From contig CATNEN010000001.1 in NCBI GenBank assembly GCA_950097015.1, positions 3,534,001 to 3,598,000 on the forward strand: a stretch of DNA of 64,000 nucleotides, written 5' to 3'. The notes under the pieces were generated by a model. That model was not told where the DNA came from. It did no database searches and worked only from the letters and a program-made list of their open reading frames with translations. A program made the translations under genes and the position numbers. Below, one piece after another: positions 47,867-60,061 of this stretch. This stretch comes from Macrostomum hystrix (lineage: Eukaryota; Animalia; Platyhelminthes). Position 1 is the stretch's first letter. Every line of letters begins with the position of its first letter.

Positions 47867-48618
47867 GCGGTGACAGAGAAGAGGGTGAGGTGACAGAGAA
47901 GAGGGTGAGTTGACAGAGGAGAGAGTGAGGTGACAGAGAGGAGAGAGTGAGGGCACAGAGAGGAGAGAGTGAGGGCACAGAGGAGAAAGTGAGGGCACAG
48001 AGAGGAGAGTGAGGGCACAGAGTGGAGAAAGTGAGGGCACAGAGGAGAAAGTGAGGGCACAGAGAGGAGAGTGAGGGCACACAGACGAGAGTGAGGGCAC
48101 AGAGTGGAGAAAGTGAGGTCACAGAGGAGAAAGTGAGGGCACAGAGAGGAGAGTGAGGGCACAAAGTGGAGAAAGTGTGGGCACAGAGAGGAGAGTGAGG
48201 GCACAGAGTGGAGAAAGTGAGGGCACAGAGGAGAAAGTGAGGGCACAGAGAGGAGAGTGAGGGCACAGAGTGGAGAAAGTGAGGGCACAGAGGAGAAAGT
48301 GAGGGCACAGAGAGGAGAGTGAGGGCACAGAGTGGAGAAAGTGAGGGCACAGAGGAGAAAGTGAGGGCACAGAGTGGAGAAAGTGAGGGCACAGAGGAGA
48401 AAGTGAGGGCACAGAGAGGAGAGTGAGGGCACAGAGAGGAGAAAGTGAGGGCACAGAGAGGAGAGAGTGAGGGCACAGAGAGGAGAGAGTGAGGGCACAG
48501 AGAGGAAAGTAAGGGCACAGAGAGGAGAGAGTGAGCCACAGAGAGGAGAAAGTGAGGGCACAGAGAGGAGAAAGTGAGGGCACAGAGAGGAGAGAGTGAG
48601 CCACAGAGAGGAGAAAGT
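47867..48618. repeat. 20-22 bp purine-rich minisatellite (GTGAGGGCACAGAGAGGAGAAA)
   Basis: Seen directly; overlapping ORFs are repeat artefacts. Confidence 0.95.
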
Positions 48619-48821
48619 ATACTACTGACATAGTCAGAGTCGATAAAATTACTAAAAAGTAAGAAAATGGTCATAACTTTTTCTTCAAAAGATATTGAGC
48701 TCGGACCGCCTAGAATGAATTTCCCGTCCAAAAATAGTTCAGAAAACATAGTACCTAATAGTATGGAAGCAGTAGCTAGCAATCGGCTAGGTACTTGAAA
48801 TGTTTTCGCATGTATTTCGTC

Positions 48822-49225
48822 AAATTTTCTAGGTGACTTTCCAGGTTAATAAGTTCAAGTAGAAATCATTTGAAATCATGAAACCACAATCGTCAGATAG
48901 TACAATTATCGCTCTTAGTACAATACAACGGCAGCAAATCTATCGACGGAATTAACAACATCTGACGCTAAATCTACTGACCTACCAGACAACGTCAGTC
49001 TCATCTCTCTAGATGAAGCAGTTTTCAAATAGGGTCCACTCAAAGTCGATACCGCCCTGCCTGTCAAGGCTTGTCATTTTGACGGGGGTACCACTGACAA
49101 AAGTGATTTCGGGATGCCCCTTAACTTTGATGAATTTCGATGGGATTTGATTCCCCGTATTCTGGGATAGACGTAGAAGCGATCCCTGTCGAAATCCGGG
49201 GTCAATAAGTAAGCCTGCGGCGTCG
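48822..49225. repeat. Dispersed repeat family copy
   Basis: Matches about 30733-30795 and about 30400-30685, in rearranged order. Confidence 0.7.
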
Positions 49226-49235
49226 CATCACACAG

Positions 49236-49815
49236 ACTATACTTAATTATTACTATTGTAGCCAGATTTATAAACTTGAACTGGAGCTTGTGGGCGCCTA
49301 TTGCCGTTTAGGAAAATTCAAGAAACCAACAATTGGTGCCACGCTTGGCCTCAACTACATGATTTTCGCACTACAAAGACTACTTAATTACTATTGTAGC
49401 CAGATTTATAAACTTGAACTGGAGCTTGTGGGCACCTATTGCCGTTTAGGAAAATTCAAGAAGCCAACAATTGGTGCCACGCTTGGCCTCAACTACATGA
49501 TTTTCGCACTACAAAGACTATACTTAATTACTATTGTAGCCAGATTTATAAACTTGAACTGGAGCTTGTGGGCACCTATTGCCGTTTAGGAAAATTCAAG
49601 AAACCAACAATTGGTGCCACGCTTGGCCTTAACTGCATGCGTTTCGCAGCCAGTTTCCCAGTTTCCCTGCAGTTTCTCCTTTTTCTATGGAGAGACCTGG
49701 CGTATATTGTTGTTGTTGTTGTTGTTGTTTCGCAGCACACAGACAACTTAATTATTACTATTGTAGCCAGAGTTATAAACTTGAACTGGAGCTTGTGGGC
49801 ACCTATTGCCGTTTG
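49236..49815. repeat. About 135-140 bp tandem repeat, 3 copies plus a partial
   Basis: TACTATTGTAGCCAGATTTATAAACTTGAACTGGAGCTTGTGGGC.CCTATTGCCGTTT recurs near 49251, 49389, 49529 and 49756. Confidence 0.88.
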
Positions 49816-50497
49816 CATGCACTTGTCACCACTGTCTGCTGTTGTTTGAGTCTCATGCTTGGTTTGCGTGCGACTGGGTTGGGCCGTCTGTCTGGGATCT
49901 GTCTGGAAATTAGACTGCATGAACGCATATATAAGGAGCCGCGATATCAGACTGGTTCTTTACTGTGTGTTTCGATTCTGGCCTTACTTCTGCCTTTGAG
50001 TTATTACAACTTACTTAAGAAGCCGTTTACAAATTATCAGTAAGATATATACATGTAGCTTGTGGATGCACAGCACGATTTTGTGAATGTCACACGATAT
50101 GACATCCCTCAGAGAAACGGAAATTAAAGGGAAGCATTCTTCATGAACTTATACTCATCTATGAGCAAAATGAGGTGTGCAACGAAGCCAATAATGAGGT
50201 AAGTCAGAGTTTAACAAACACTGACCATATCAAAATAATAAATATATATGTGTGTGTATCTGGCTTAACCTAAAGTCAGTACAACTACTGTACCGTACTT
50301 TATATGTTTGTCAGTAGATGAATCCGAGATAATCCGAGAATCCATCAAAAAATTATTTTTATGAGGCCTATAAACCTATATCAAGAGCAATGTTTCAAAA
50401 TACGGATATATGACTTAGTATTTATTTTTTAAGTTAGTAATCAGCACCAACAGCTTGGAACTTGAAAGTTCATTCAGTCCATTGTGCTAAGCTGTTT

Positions 50498-51002
50498 TCA
50501 AAAAGAAATGACGAAGCAAAACCAGCCTAGACAGTGTCTCGTCAGAAAGGATCGTGAACGAACTTTGGTCAGAAAAGTTCCACTGACCGAAAAGGCGCGC
50601 TCAGCTTCAACACTTGTCGGAGGGATGAGCATCACAGCTTCACGCTGCTGTGCAATGCGAAGAATCTCTCGACCAATGCGACTCTCCAGTGACATGCAGT
50701 GTGTTTTAGGCTTAGAGCTCTTCTCTAGGAATGACTTCACTTGATCAGCCAGACCGCTTTCATCTGCCACATCATCATTGTCGTCACCATAATGGGCATT
50801 TGTGGCTGAACTCAAATCAATGGAAGCTGAACTGGTGTCTTTATCAGTAGCAACTTGGGCAGCATCTTCAGCTGCATATAGGTTTAACTTACTAGCCAGT
50901 GTGATCAGTGAATACTTCATAGCATGTAACTCACTTTGTGAGTCAGTGATTCCATACCGAGATAAAAATCAGGCGAATCGCGATTCGAGACTAGAAGCAA
51001 TC
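50498..51002 (-). pseudogene. hAT transposase C-terminal remnant
   Basis: hAT dimerisation motif LIPPTSVEAERAFSVSGTFLTKVRSR; the upstream frame is interrupted by a stop. Confidence 0.8.
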
Positions 51003-51948
51003 TGAATTAAACAAAGCATCTCAAAATTTTCTCATTTACACGTTGCATGAGCAGTTGCTTAACTTTATACTCGCAATCAGGCATGAGTCGCTTTCTGTTA
51101 TTTTTGTAATTAAAAAACACAAAAACAATAAAAAGCACAGCTAAGCAAGAGTGAGAAGATAAGCAAAAAAGGCGTTCGACAGGGTGACGGAAAAAAATCT
51201 CGTTTATAAGGTGAGCGGCATGTTGAATCAAAGGCTCATAGGCTCATAGATTCGTAGCAGAAGCCGTAGCAGGAATCGTAGCCAGAATCGCAGCACAGCA
51301 GTACAAGAATGAGCACAGATAAGCAATAATGAGCACAGACAAGCAATAATGAGCACAGATTAAGCAGGAGCACATACAAAAGCGGGCGCAACAGGAGAAA
51401 GATTCAGTCTTGCGAGACAGCTTGCCACCTGTCTCACTGAGGTCAGTCCAGGGTTTGCACTTTCTGAACACGCAAGTCAGGCGTCGGTGAGGCAGGTCTG
51501 CGGATCCAATATCGGCAGCACGGGTGACACCTGGCCCTGCTTCCGTCTGCCGGTGGCGCCACCGCCGCTTCCGCTGCGACGCCGCCTCCGCCACCGAAGC
51601 CGCCAACCCAGGCAGCAGACGTCCAGGCCCATTCGCTTGACCTCCGGTTTCGAGCGCAGCTCCGTGATCAGGTTGGTCTGCAGCAGCTCCTGTAGCAGGT
51701 CCTGGCGGGACAAGCCTGGAGCTGATGGATTGTCCAAGTTGACAACCAAGTTTGAGAGCCCGTTGATGCGTCTGATGAAGGCCATACGTGTCGGTAGGCC
51801 TGTTTGAGTAGTGCAGGTGAGTACGGGCTTGATGTCTAACAGGTACCATGCCAAGCAGAACAGGTGAACACTGTGTCTAACAGAACAGGTGATCACAGGC
51901 TCTCTGTCTAACAGGTGACGCTCTTGGTCTAACAGGTATTTCTAACAC

Positions 51949-52100
51949 AATGAATTCCAGAATGACAGATTTGGAATGACAAATGAATTCCAGAATGACA
52001 GATTTGGAATGACAAATGAATTCCAGAATGACAGATTTGGAATGACAAATGAATTCCAGAATGACAGATTTGGAATGAAAAATGAATTCCAGAATGACAA
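51949..52100. repeat. 33-bp tandem repeat, about 4.5 copies
   Basis: ATGAATTCCAGAATGACAGATTTGGAATGACAA repeated. Confidence 0.9.
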
Positions 52101-52444
52101 GTGATGGACAGATTGAAACAGGACTTGATCTTCATTCATATTCACATTAGAAAATGTCAAGTAACTCACTGGAAATGCAGGCGCATCACTGATCTAGACC
52201 ACAGGTCGAAGAAAGGTAGCTACGTGGCTAGTGCACTAGGCAGAATTGCACAACAAGAGTCAGCAGCTGCCGTCAGACACAGGTTAATCCTGGAATGGTA
52301 CAGGCTTTAGCACAACGTATTATTAATGTCAGATCAAAGTGAATGAAGTACTGCGATAAAATGACTCCGTAGCTTCGCCGTTAGCAAAGGAAAGAAGATT
52401 GAAGGCAACACAATTATCCAAAAATAGGCCTCCGCGGCCATCAA

Positions 52445-52878
52445 TCAATGTCAATGTCATATGTCAATGTCTATGTCAATGTCAAAAAAGCCAATAAATT
52501 TAATTAGCAGCTGAGCTTGAGCTCTGGTATTTGGGCAGATAATGTGTAACGCATGGAGGTTGCTAAAGGGGGTCAATCAGTTTGACCTAGATTAGAGAAG
52601 GGATCAATCAGCTTGACCTAGATTAGAGAAGGGGATCAATCAGCTTGACCTAGATTGTCATATGTCAATGTCAATGTCAATGTCAAAAAAGCCAATAAAT
52701 TTAATTAGCAGCTGAGCTTGAGCTCTGGTATTTGGGCAGATAATGTGTAACGCATGGAGGTCGCTAAAGGGGGTCAATCAGTTTGACCTAGATTAGAGAA
52801 AGGATCAATCAGCTTGACCTAGATTGTCATATGTCAATGTCAATGTCAATGTCAAAAAAGCCAATAAATTTAATTATT
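52445..52878. repeat. About 170-200 bp tandem repeat with (GTCAAT)n tracts
   Basis: GTCAAAAAAGCCAATAAATTTAATTA occurs three times. Confidence 0.85.
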
Positions 52879-52881
52879 GGC

Positions 52882-53073
52882 TTAGATCGGGCAATCTTCA
52901 GCTGATCTGCAGACTTTAAATATTTGAATATTATATATAGTTGAATATTTATAGTTGATTGTTGATTATTTATAGTTGAATATTATATTGAATATTATAT
53001 ATTCAATTAAATATTTATAATTGAATTAATTATTTCAAAGTCCGCAGATTCAGCCGAAGATTGCCCGATCTAA
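52882..53073. mobile_element. 192-bp MITE with about 40-bp TIRs and possible 3-bp TSD (GGC)
   Basis: TTAGATCGGGCAATCTTC.GCTGA.. at the left end and its reverse complement at the right end; AT-rich core; GGC on both sides. Confidence 0.8.
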
Positions 53074-54478
53074 GGCGTCTCAGTCTGAGAGTGTGGAATC
53101 TTCGGAATCTTCGCTGCGGCGCGACTGGCGGCGGCGGCGGCGCTTCTACCATATCATCTTCCACCATTATTCTGTAATTGTGCATTAAATGCATTAAATG
53201 CAATTTAAAATTAGGAGGAAATTTAAATTAGGAAAATAGCATTCCAACTTAAAAGTAGGATTAAAGGAATTATTTCGAAAATTAGAATGATGATTAGGAG
53301 GCAATGAAAGTTGACAGTTTCCCCGAGCGAGAATTTTTTATAAGTGAGCAATGTGTTGTAAAGCATGCTCTGTGGAAAAGTTGGCTCATTTAAATGAGCA
53401 TCGGAAAGTCATAGAATTAAAATGAGATTTTATACGACCGAGCAACAAACAGTTATGAAACGACTTGCTTTCTAGGAAAGATGGTTTCTACACCGTTTGT
53501 TATGAGGGACCATTTAAATTAACGTTTCGCGGTCAATTTCTATGAAGACAGGGGTACGTCGGTCAAGCTATAAATTGCTTGTTTCACAGTATAAAAGCGA
53601 GGCATAATGTGAAAGCGGAGAATATTGAAATTTAGCAGAATACAATATGCTGTAATGTGCAGAGCTGGACAAGTGTTACTGCTAATCACAGGCTTGGGGA
53701 GGCAGTATGAGTCTGTTGTTTGTTTTATGTTTGACTTGCACAGTCGAAGTGTTTAGGCCCTAACTGAAACAATATGAATCTACTGCTCTCAACCCAGTGC
53801 CACTATCCTAACTTGTAAGCTTGGCTCATAGGCGTCATAGCTAATATGTGACCTGCTATGATCATCACTAAATGAGTGCACCCACATTCCAATAATGTAT
53901 TAAAATGTAGACCTCTAAGAGTATAAAGTTTCAGTGTATTATAAATAGTGAGCTATCCAAGCCTTTTTTACATAGGCTACACAGTTTATGCTTATCTTAT
54001 AAGTCTTAATATTAGAATAGAAAAACCTGTATATTTCGCATAGCTTATTGGCTGGCCACTCATCATAATTGTATAGAAACAATGCATTATTCTAAATGAA
54101 ATTGGGACCCAGGAATATAAATTCTTATTAAGATTTCCAAGCAACTACTGGGATATAGGATCTATGAGCTGGGAGCCTAGGATCAACGACATGTTTCCAT
54201 TGCAGTTTCGTTTTTTTTCTGTAGCCCAAAAAAATTCCACAGGGCTTAATTCTATGATTGAATTGATAATTAGTGGAATATGTAATCCAAAGTAAACTAA
54301 TTGACTATTGTATATCGAATTCCAAAAATGGTATGGTCAGTATGGTAGGCCTATACTTGCCAATTAGCACCCACGTCATAGGTCACAGATGTAAAAGAAT
54401 TGTGCTTTTAAATAAAAGATCAAATAAAATAAGGGGAAGAAATAAGAAAATTGGAACCAAAGTCTAACATCTGTCATC

Positions 54479-54760
54479 TATAGGGTAATGTATCATCAAC
54501 CCAACAAGAATGTGTATTTTTTAACTTCGAACCTAAGCTACAGATTTTCTATTTAAGATATGATGATAAATCAAAAGCCAAGTTATAGAAAACAGTTACA
54601 TCTTTCTAAAAGGTGGCTGCTTTTGCTATTTTGTCAAATAGAAAAAAGTTATTCCTGTTTTTCATCTAAAACCGAACAATGATTTTCATGTATCTTCAAA
54701 CCAAATGGAGAAGTTGGTGTTCGGTTTTACAATTTGAGTGAGTGGTTTAATCTTATTTTG
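54479..54760 (+). repeat. Dispersed repeat of about 285 bp, second copy at 63418-63702
   Basis: TAGGGTAATGT..ATCAACC.AACAAGAATGTG...GAGTGAGTGGTTTAATCTTATTTT at both sites. Confidence 0.85.
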
Positions 54761-55451
54761 CCATATGAAGTGCTGTCAAAGTGTAGACTACAATTCTGTG
54801 TAAGCTAGGAGGATAGGAATGTGAGTGAATAGGAATGGGAGGAAGGGAAAAGGATCCCTGTGGCCCTGTGGCACTTGGGTGCCGCAGCCCCTCATGCAGC
54901 AGCTACATGAGTTTAATACTCTGGCACCATCTATTTGCTGCTGAGCATAGCTCACACAGGTGGGAAACATTGGCAACTAAAGAAATTTCTGCTACATCTT
55001 TTTAATGCCATCCAAACAAAAATAACTGCCTATGTCCCATAGCTACTGAACTTGAGCTCTGAGTGAGCATGGTCAGGTTTATTAAATGTTTCTTGTTTTT
55101 TGGTGGGGTCACATTTTCACATTGCTTGCATGGGGAGTAGGTTATCTAGGGAATATAAGATCTATGGACACTGACCTATTAGGACAGGGTTGGTAACCAT
55201 TTTTATCTTGTAGGCCAGATAGAGATTTGAGCACATGGGTCATGGCTCATAAACACATGGAAGAAGTGGAAGTGTAAGTAGAAGAGTAGAAGCTTAGAGG
55301 GTGGAGTGGAGAGGAGGCTGCATTGGGTGGGGTTGGGGTTGGGTTTGGTAGATTTGGGCTAGATTTAGTAAGCCATACAAGTAAAGTATGGGGTAGATAT
55401 CTGCTCCTGTCCTGTCTGTCTACCTGTCTGTCTGCCTACCTGCCTGCCTGA

Positions 55452-55763
55452 GGGCACTGGTCCCCTCTATAACAGGGGGGGCACTGACCCCTCTCTAGCA
55501 GGGAGGGCACTGATCACTCTAGCAGGGAGGGAACTGGCCCCTCTAGCAGGGAGGGCACTGACCCCTCTCTAGCAGGGAGGGCACTGATCACTCTAGCAGG
55601 GAGGGAACTGGCCCCTCTAGCAGGGAGGGCACTGACCCCTCTCTAGCAGGGAGGGCACTGATCACTCTAGCAGGGAGGGAACTGGCCCCTCTAGCAGGGA
55701 GGACACTGACCCCTCTCTAGCAGGGAGGGCACTGACCCCTCTCTAGCAAGGAGGGCACTGACC
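55452..55763. repeat. 21-24 bp minisatellite (CTAGCAGGGAGGGCACTGACCCCT)
   Basis: Seen directly. Confidence 0.9.
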
Positions 55764-56455
55764 ACTTTCCAATCCCACGATCCCCTTTCCAATCCCATGA
55801 TCTCAATTCTAATCCCATGATCTCAATTCTCTCCTCTCTGCCCCTCACTCCCTCCTGTCTGCCCGAATTAAACAATAAACAATATAAACAATCCACAATA
55901 CGAAAATAGTCAATAATATAGTCAACAAAATTAGCCATTGTTAATAAAAGAAACGAAATAATGATGTTTAGTTGTTCCTTGGTCTTTAATAAAGAGGAGA
56001 GTTAGGGAGAATGCGATGAGAATATGTTCTTCTCAGAGTTATTCTGTTTTTCTCAATCTCAGATAGTCTTTGCAAATCTCAACGTTATAAAAATAAAGAT
56101 GTACTGAAGTTTATTAGATTCGATAAACAATTTTCTTTCTTAGTAGAATCAACAAGTCCACTGTCTAATGACAAAATAGTTTGAGAGTCGAGACTGAACG
56201 AGCGTCTTTTTCTGGTCTTGTGTTAAATAGATGGTGTGATATGCAGGACACCATAATAGGCAAGCCAGGAGCCTCAAGACAGAGAGGACACGCGATTATG
56301 GGGTTTGGGAAATGGGGTGGGTGTCATTAAATGAATCACAGCGAATCGCACGCGAATATGGGGTTTTGGGAATGGGGTGGGTGTTAAATGACTGACAAAT
56401 ATTTTTGGTTTGGAAGGATCGATAAATTAAACGGCCGTTAGTTTGGCTCGGTGTG

Positions 56456-56590
56456 CCCAGTGTCCGCATTGTCGGGATAATGCCAGCATATTATGCCAGC
56501 ATTATGCCAGACTGAATGTCGCGACGAGATCCAGGCATTATGTTAGCATGAAATGCCAGTGTAATGCTGCTTTTATGCCGACTATATGCG
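56456..56590. mobile_element. Probable terminus of the EnSpm/CACTA-type element (CCCAG end plus ATGCCAG subterminal repeats)
   Basis: CCCAGTG followed by several ATGCCAG motifs, about 1 kb downstream of the transposase stop. The partner end was not found in the window. Confidence 0.45.
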
Positions 56591-57535
56591 ACTGATATGT
56601 CTGTTCAATTATATAGTAAACCAATGTACGTCGTAGATTTCTGTGGCAGTGTGGCTCATAAATAATGCAATTGTTGTCCAATTATTCCAATGAAGCACTT
56701 ACTCTTAACCTTTTTTGAACTCCACAAGGCTTTAATTAGGCTTTAGGAAATGGTATAAAAGAACTAAATACAAGCGTATTGGATAAAAGACAGCGCAGAA
56801 AAGTATTTTTTTAACATCGAAAACGATGTAGGAATCGCGATGTAAGAACATGTTTTTAGTTTTTTAATTTTCTTTAATTCAACTTAAATAGTAACTTAGA
56901 TAGCATATGAAAATAGAAACATAACAACATAAAAATGTAAACAGAATATAGCAACAAAAAAATTACAAAAGTTATAAGAATAGACAATAATTACAGCAAA
57001 ATACGACTGCAACGTGACAGTTGGCAGGTCGCACCAGACGCTTAACTAATGATTAATAAATGCTTTGATCAATGAGAATACTAGACTTACACTTTCAAAA
57101 TCACTTTTTATAGTACTGTTATGTACTATAAATTCTATACTGTACTACTGTTATGATCAAACACTTTATAATTATAGCTTTTTATTATAACTTTATTTTC
57201 CGGATTCGGATAATACCTGATAATATTAAATATAATGCGTCTGATGACACAACTGCAGAAACAGGAAACAAAGAGTAAAAAATAGCTGGCCGCGAGTCCA
57301 TAGCTCTTATATTCCCTAGATAGGCCACTTTCAAGTAAAATATACATCATTTGCAATTGCAAGCGGAGGAAAATAGCTAAATATGCCTTTAAAAACCCAA
57401 TCGATACGCACACAAACTACTGACATTATACCATAATCACAAATATCTTTAAGATTGGCGAAGGCTCTATGGGCATGCTTGACATGCTTGTGGTGGCTGA
57501 GTGGCTTATCAAGAGAATATAAGATCTATGCGTGT

Positions 57536-59437
57536 CTAGCGACTAGAGGCAAACGGTAAAATACAAAATTCGTCAGCATTTTCTGCAGTAGGGATACAAA
57601 TCCCCTTACCAGTGGGAAGACCAGTGGCTCTGCGAGCACGAGCGAGATGATAAAAGCCTATGCCCAGAACGGAGCTAGCGTAGGGATAATCATAAAGGTT
57701 CCTAGAAAGTAACAGTACTTTGCCAGAGACTTCTCCGGAGCACGTAACTGAGTCAACTAGGATAGGTAAATTGCCTATAAACGCACAGTTGTTAGGTGAA
57801 TTAGAAGAAAAAAATTGCCTGCTGCTAGTTTCGTCAGACGCCGTGGGGACTGTAAGAGACCGAATGGTTAAAAGCTGATTCAACGCATGAGAGAAAAAAA
57901 AACGCGTTTTCTTGACGCGCTGTTTAAGAATTCCCAGAAAATGTTCAAAAGGAAATGTTGAAAAATCATCAAGAACACCCAATGGAAGAAACTCGCTAAG
58001 GTGCAAAATAGCGTGAAAGTTGTAGGACATAGCTTTTTCGCCGAACAGAATGGGGACTTGTTTAACAAACCGCTTGATGCAACTCTCAGCATTCAAATTG
58101 AGATGCTGAAGCCGCTTGGCTGCAAAGACGTAAATAGAGAAATGAAGGAGCAAAAAATGATTGTAAAAGTTTATTGGCAGATACTTCTTAAAAAGATATG
58201 GTCCCAAATACAGCAAAAAAATTCTGAATTCTGTTGCCTTAAAATGAGCGAGCTCGGTATCAAATCGTCTTGGCCGTCGCTGAAACTCATTTGGTATAAA
58301 TTTCGCCAAAGAAACCGACTTTTCAGACAGCTCAGCCAAAGCAGTTGGGTGTACTTTACAACGAAGACGAAAACCCTTTACGGTGGAGAAAAAAAACTTG
58401 AACAATCGGCGAACAACTCCCAAACATACAGAATGCTGGTAATCAACAGGGAAACCAGACTGCAAGTTTGCAATATCTATGAGTGGCGAAATCTGCAGTT
58501 GGTTATTCTCAAGACCAGATTTGTAGTCCGCATCCGTTCTTTTAATGCCTACAGAAGTTTGGTAAACCACCCTATTTTCAGCGAAACTTCCTCGACTTCG
58601 ACAGTAACTGCATCCCAGCTTCGAAGCATGTGACTTGACACATTGCAAATAAGAACGCGCAACCGTGTCACAGATAAAGTACACATTAGAAATCCGAAAT
58701 ACAGTTCCATCAATAGAAATTCCTGTCTCCTTAAGAACGTTGACTTCGCGAATAAAGTCTTGGAGGAACAGATTCAAGGGAGGCTTTCCAGTGCCACAGA
58801 AAATGGAAACGGGAAAAACGTGCTTACATTTGCCAAACTGCACCAAGATAGGCCAAAATTCAACCGACGAGCTTTTCCATAGCGGCAAGCCATCAACATT
58901 GACTTTAAGCGAAAGTTGCACCTCACCAGAACGAGACTCGTTACCCAACAAGGAATTTTGAAAGGCATAGCGCAGATTATCGGACAAAGAAAAGTAGGCG
59001 TAGTTGCCATTACGCATTGATTTGGCTTGTGGATGAGAGTTAGAAACGTATCGTCGAAATGCACAATACGTTGTTGGGACTTCTAAACCAAACCTGGCAA
59101 GAAGTCGAAGAAGGAAAACAATTGCAGAGCGTGGAAGGTTGAAGAGAACAAAAAATGTGCATAACTCTGGAAATATGCTACCACTGGCAGCACCATTACC
59201 AGAAAAATCAGGCTCGGATAATTGTTCTGCAATACCGACGACAGGCTCGTCCGCAATACCCGCAGCATCTTCATCCGAAAAAAGGGCTGCTTCCGAATTG
59301 CTTAAGTCATACTCGTCATAATCCTCCTCGTCTTCAGTGGCACAAGGAGACTCACTAGGAAAAGACGCCACACCGGAAGGCTCCTCTATGTCCTCAATGG
59401 ACTGCCAGGACATGCGCAATACGCGCCTTCGTTCAGC
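57536..59437 (-). CDS. EnSpm/CACTA (CMC superfamily) transposase, uninterrupted frame
   Basis: NVDGLPLWKSS..FWPIL, ICDTVARS...KSH....GCSYC, VDYQHSVCLGV, PNEFQRRPR, FKATEFR.FLLY, YNFHAILHL, FSTFPFE. Likely acceptor at 59438 and ATG at 59413. Confidence 0.92.
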   Translation of the reverse strand, partial: AERRRVLRMSWQSIEDIEEPSGVASFPSESPCATEDEEDYDEYDLSNSEAALFSDEDAAGIADEPVVGIAEQLSEPDFSGNGAASGSIFPELCTFFVLFNLPRSAIVFLLRLLARFGLEVPTTYCAFRRYVSNSHPQAKSMRNGNYAYFSLSDNLRYAFQNSLLGNESRSGEVQLSLKVNVDGLPLWKSSSVEFWPILVQFGKCKHVFPVSIFCGTGKPPLNLFLQDFIREVNVLKETGISIDGTVFRISNVYFICDTVARSYLQCVKSHASKLGCSYCRSRGSFAENRVVYQTSVGIKRTDADYKSGLENNQLQISPLIDIANLQSGFPVDYQHSVCLGVVRRLFKFFFSTVKGFRLRCKVHPTALAELSEKSVSLAKFIPNEFQRRPRRFDTELAHFKATEFRIFLLYLGPYLFKKYLPINFYNHFLLLHFSIYVFAAKRLQHLNLNAESCIKRFVKQVPILFGEKAMSYNFHAILHLSEFLPLGVLDDFSTFPFEHFLGILKQRVKKTRFFFSHALNQLLTIRSLTVPTASDETSSRQFFSSNSPNNCAFIGNLPILVDSVTCSGEVSGKVLLLSRNLYDYPYASSVLGIGFYHLARARRATGLPTGKGICIPTAENADEFCILPFASSR

Positions 59438-59780
59438 CTGTAAGAGATAGACAACAGACAACAGAGGTAAATCCAAAACTATCGGCATATTCACAACTAA
59501 GTAGTCCCATATTCCATAGTTTTTAAAATGGTACGTGAAGATAAAGTTTGTGCTAATATTGGGGGTGCTATAAACCATAGCAAAATATTAATTTACAACG
59601 TACAATGTGTCCAGTTTTAATCTAAGTCAGCAATAGCTAAATATAACTAAAGCAGCAAATTTTGACTTAAAGTGTAAATGATATCTAAGACAAACAGCAA
59701 AATGAAATAAAAGGTTGAGTCTAGACCACACAAAAATTAAGGTGCATTTTGCATGAAGCTAAAGCGCGGTGTTTATGCAC

Positions 59781-59977
59781 GGGGGCATCACAAACCCTAA
59801 AAATCACATTCTCTAAATTCCAAAACATAAGGGCTACTACTAAAAGGTGATAAAAAATGTGTGATGTGTCCTGTCAGATTTTAGAGAATGCAATTTTTAG
59901 GGGTTATGATATTTAGGGTTTATGATGTAGGCTGCTTTTAGGGAATGTGATTTTTGGGGTTTGTGATAGCGCCCCAT
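59781..59977. mobile_element. Small MITE-like inverted repeat between the two EnSpm ORFs
   Basis: GGGGGCATCACAAACCCTAAAAATCACATTCTCTAAA pairs with TTTAGGGAATGTGATTTTTGGGGTTTGTGATAGCGCCCC. Confidence 0.65.
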
Positions 59978-60061
59978 ACGCACTACTAGAAAGATGAATT
60001 TGAATGATAAATAATAAGGCCTTGAAAACTGTCTTAGATTACTATAAAATTCTATTGATAG

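Noticed and set aside
47827-48782. 244-313 aa Cys/Pro/Leu-rich ORFs
   Set aside because: They are translations of the 20-22 bp minisatellite.
58001-58961. Plus-strand ORFs up to 210 aa
   Set aside because: They are antisense shadows of the EnSpm transposase with no recognisable motifs.
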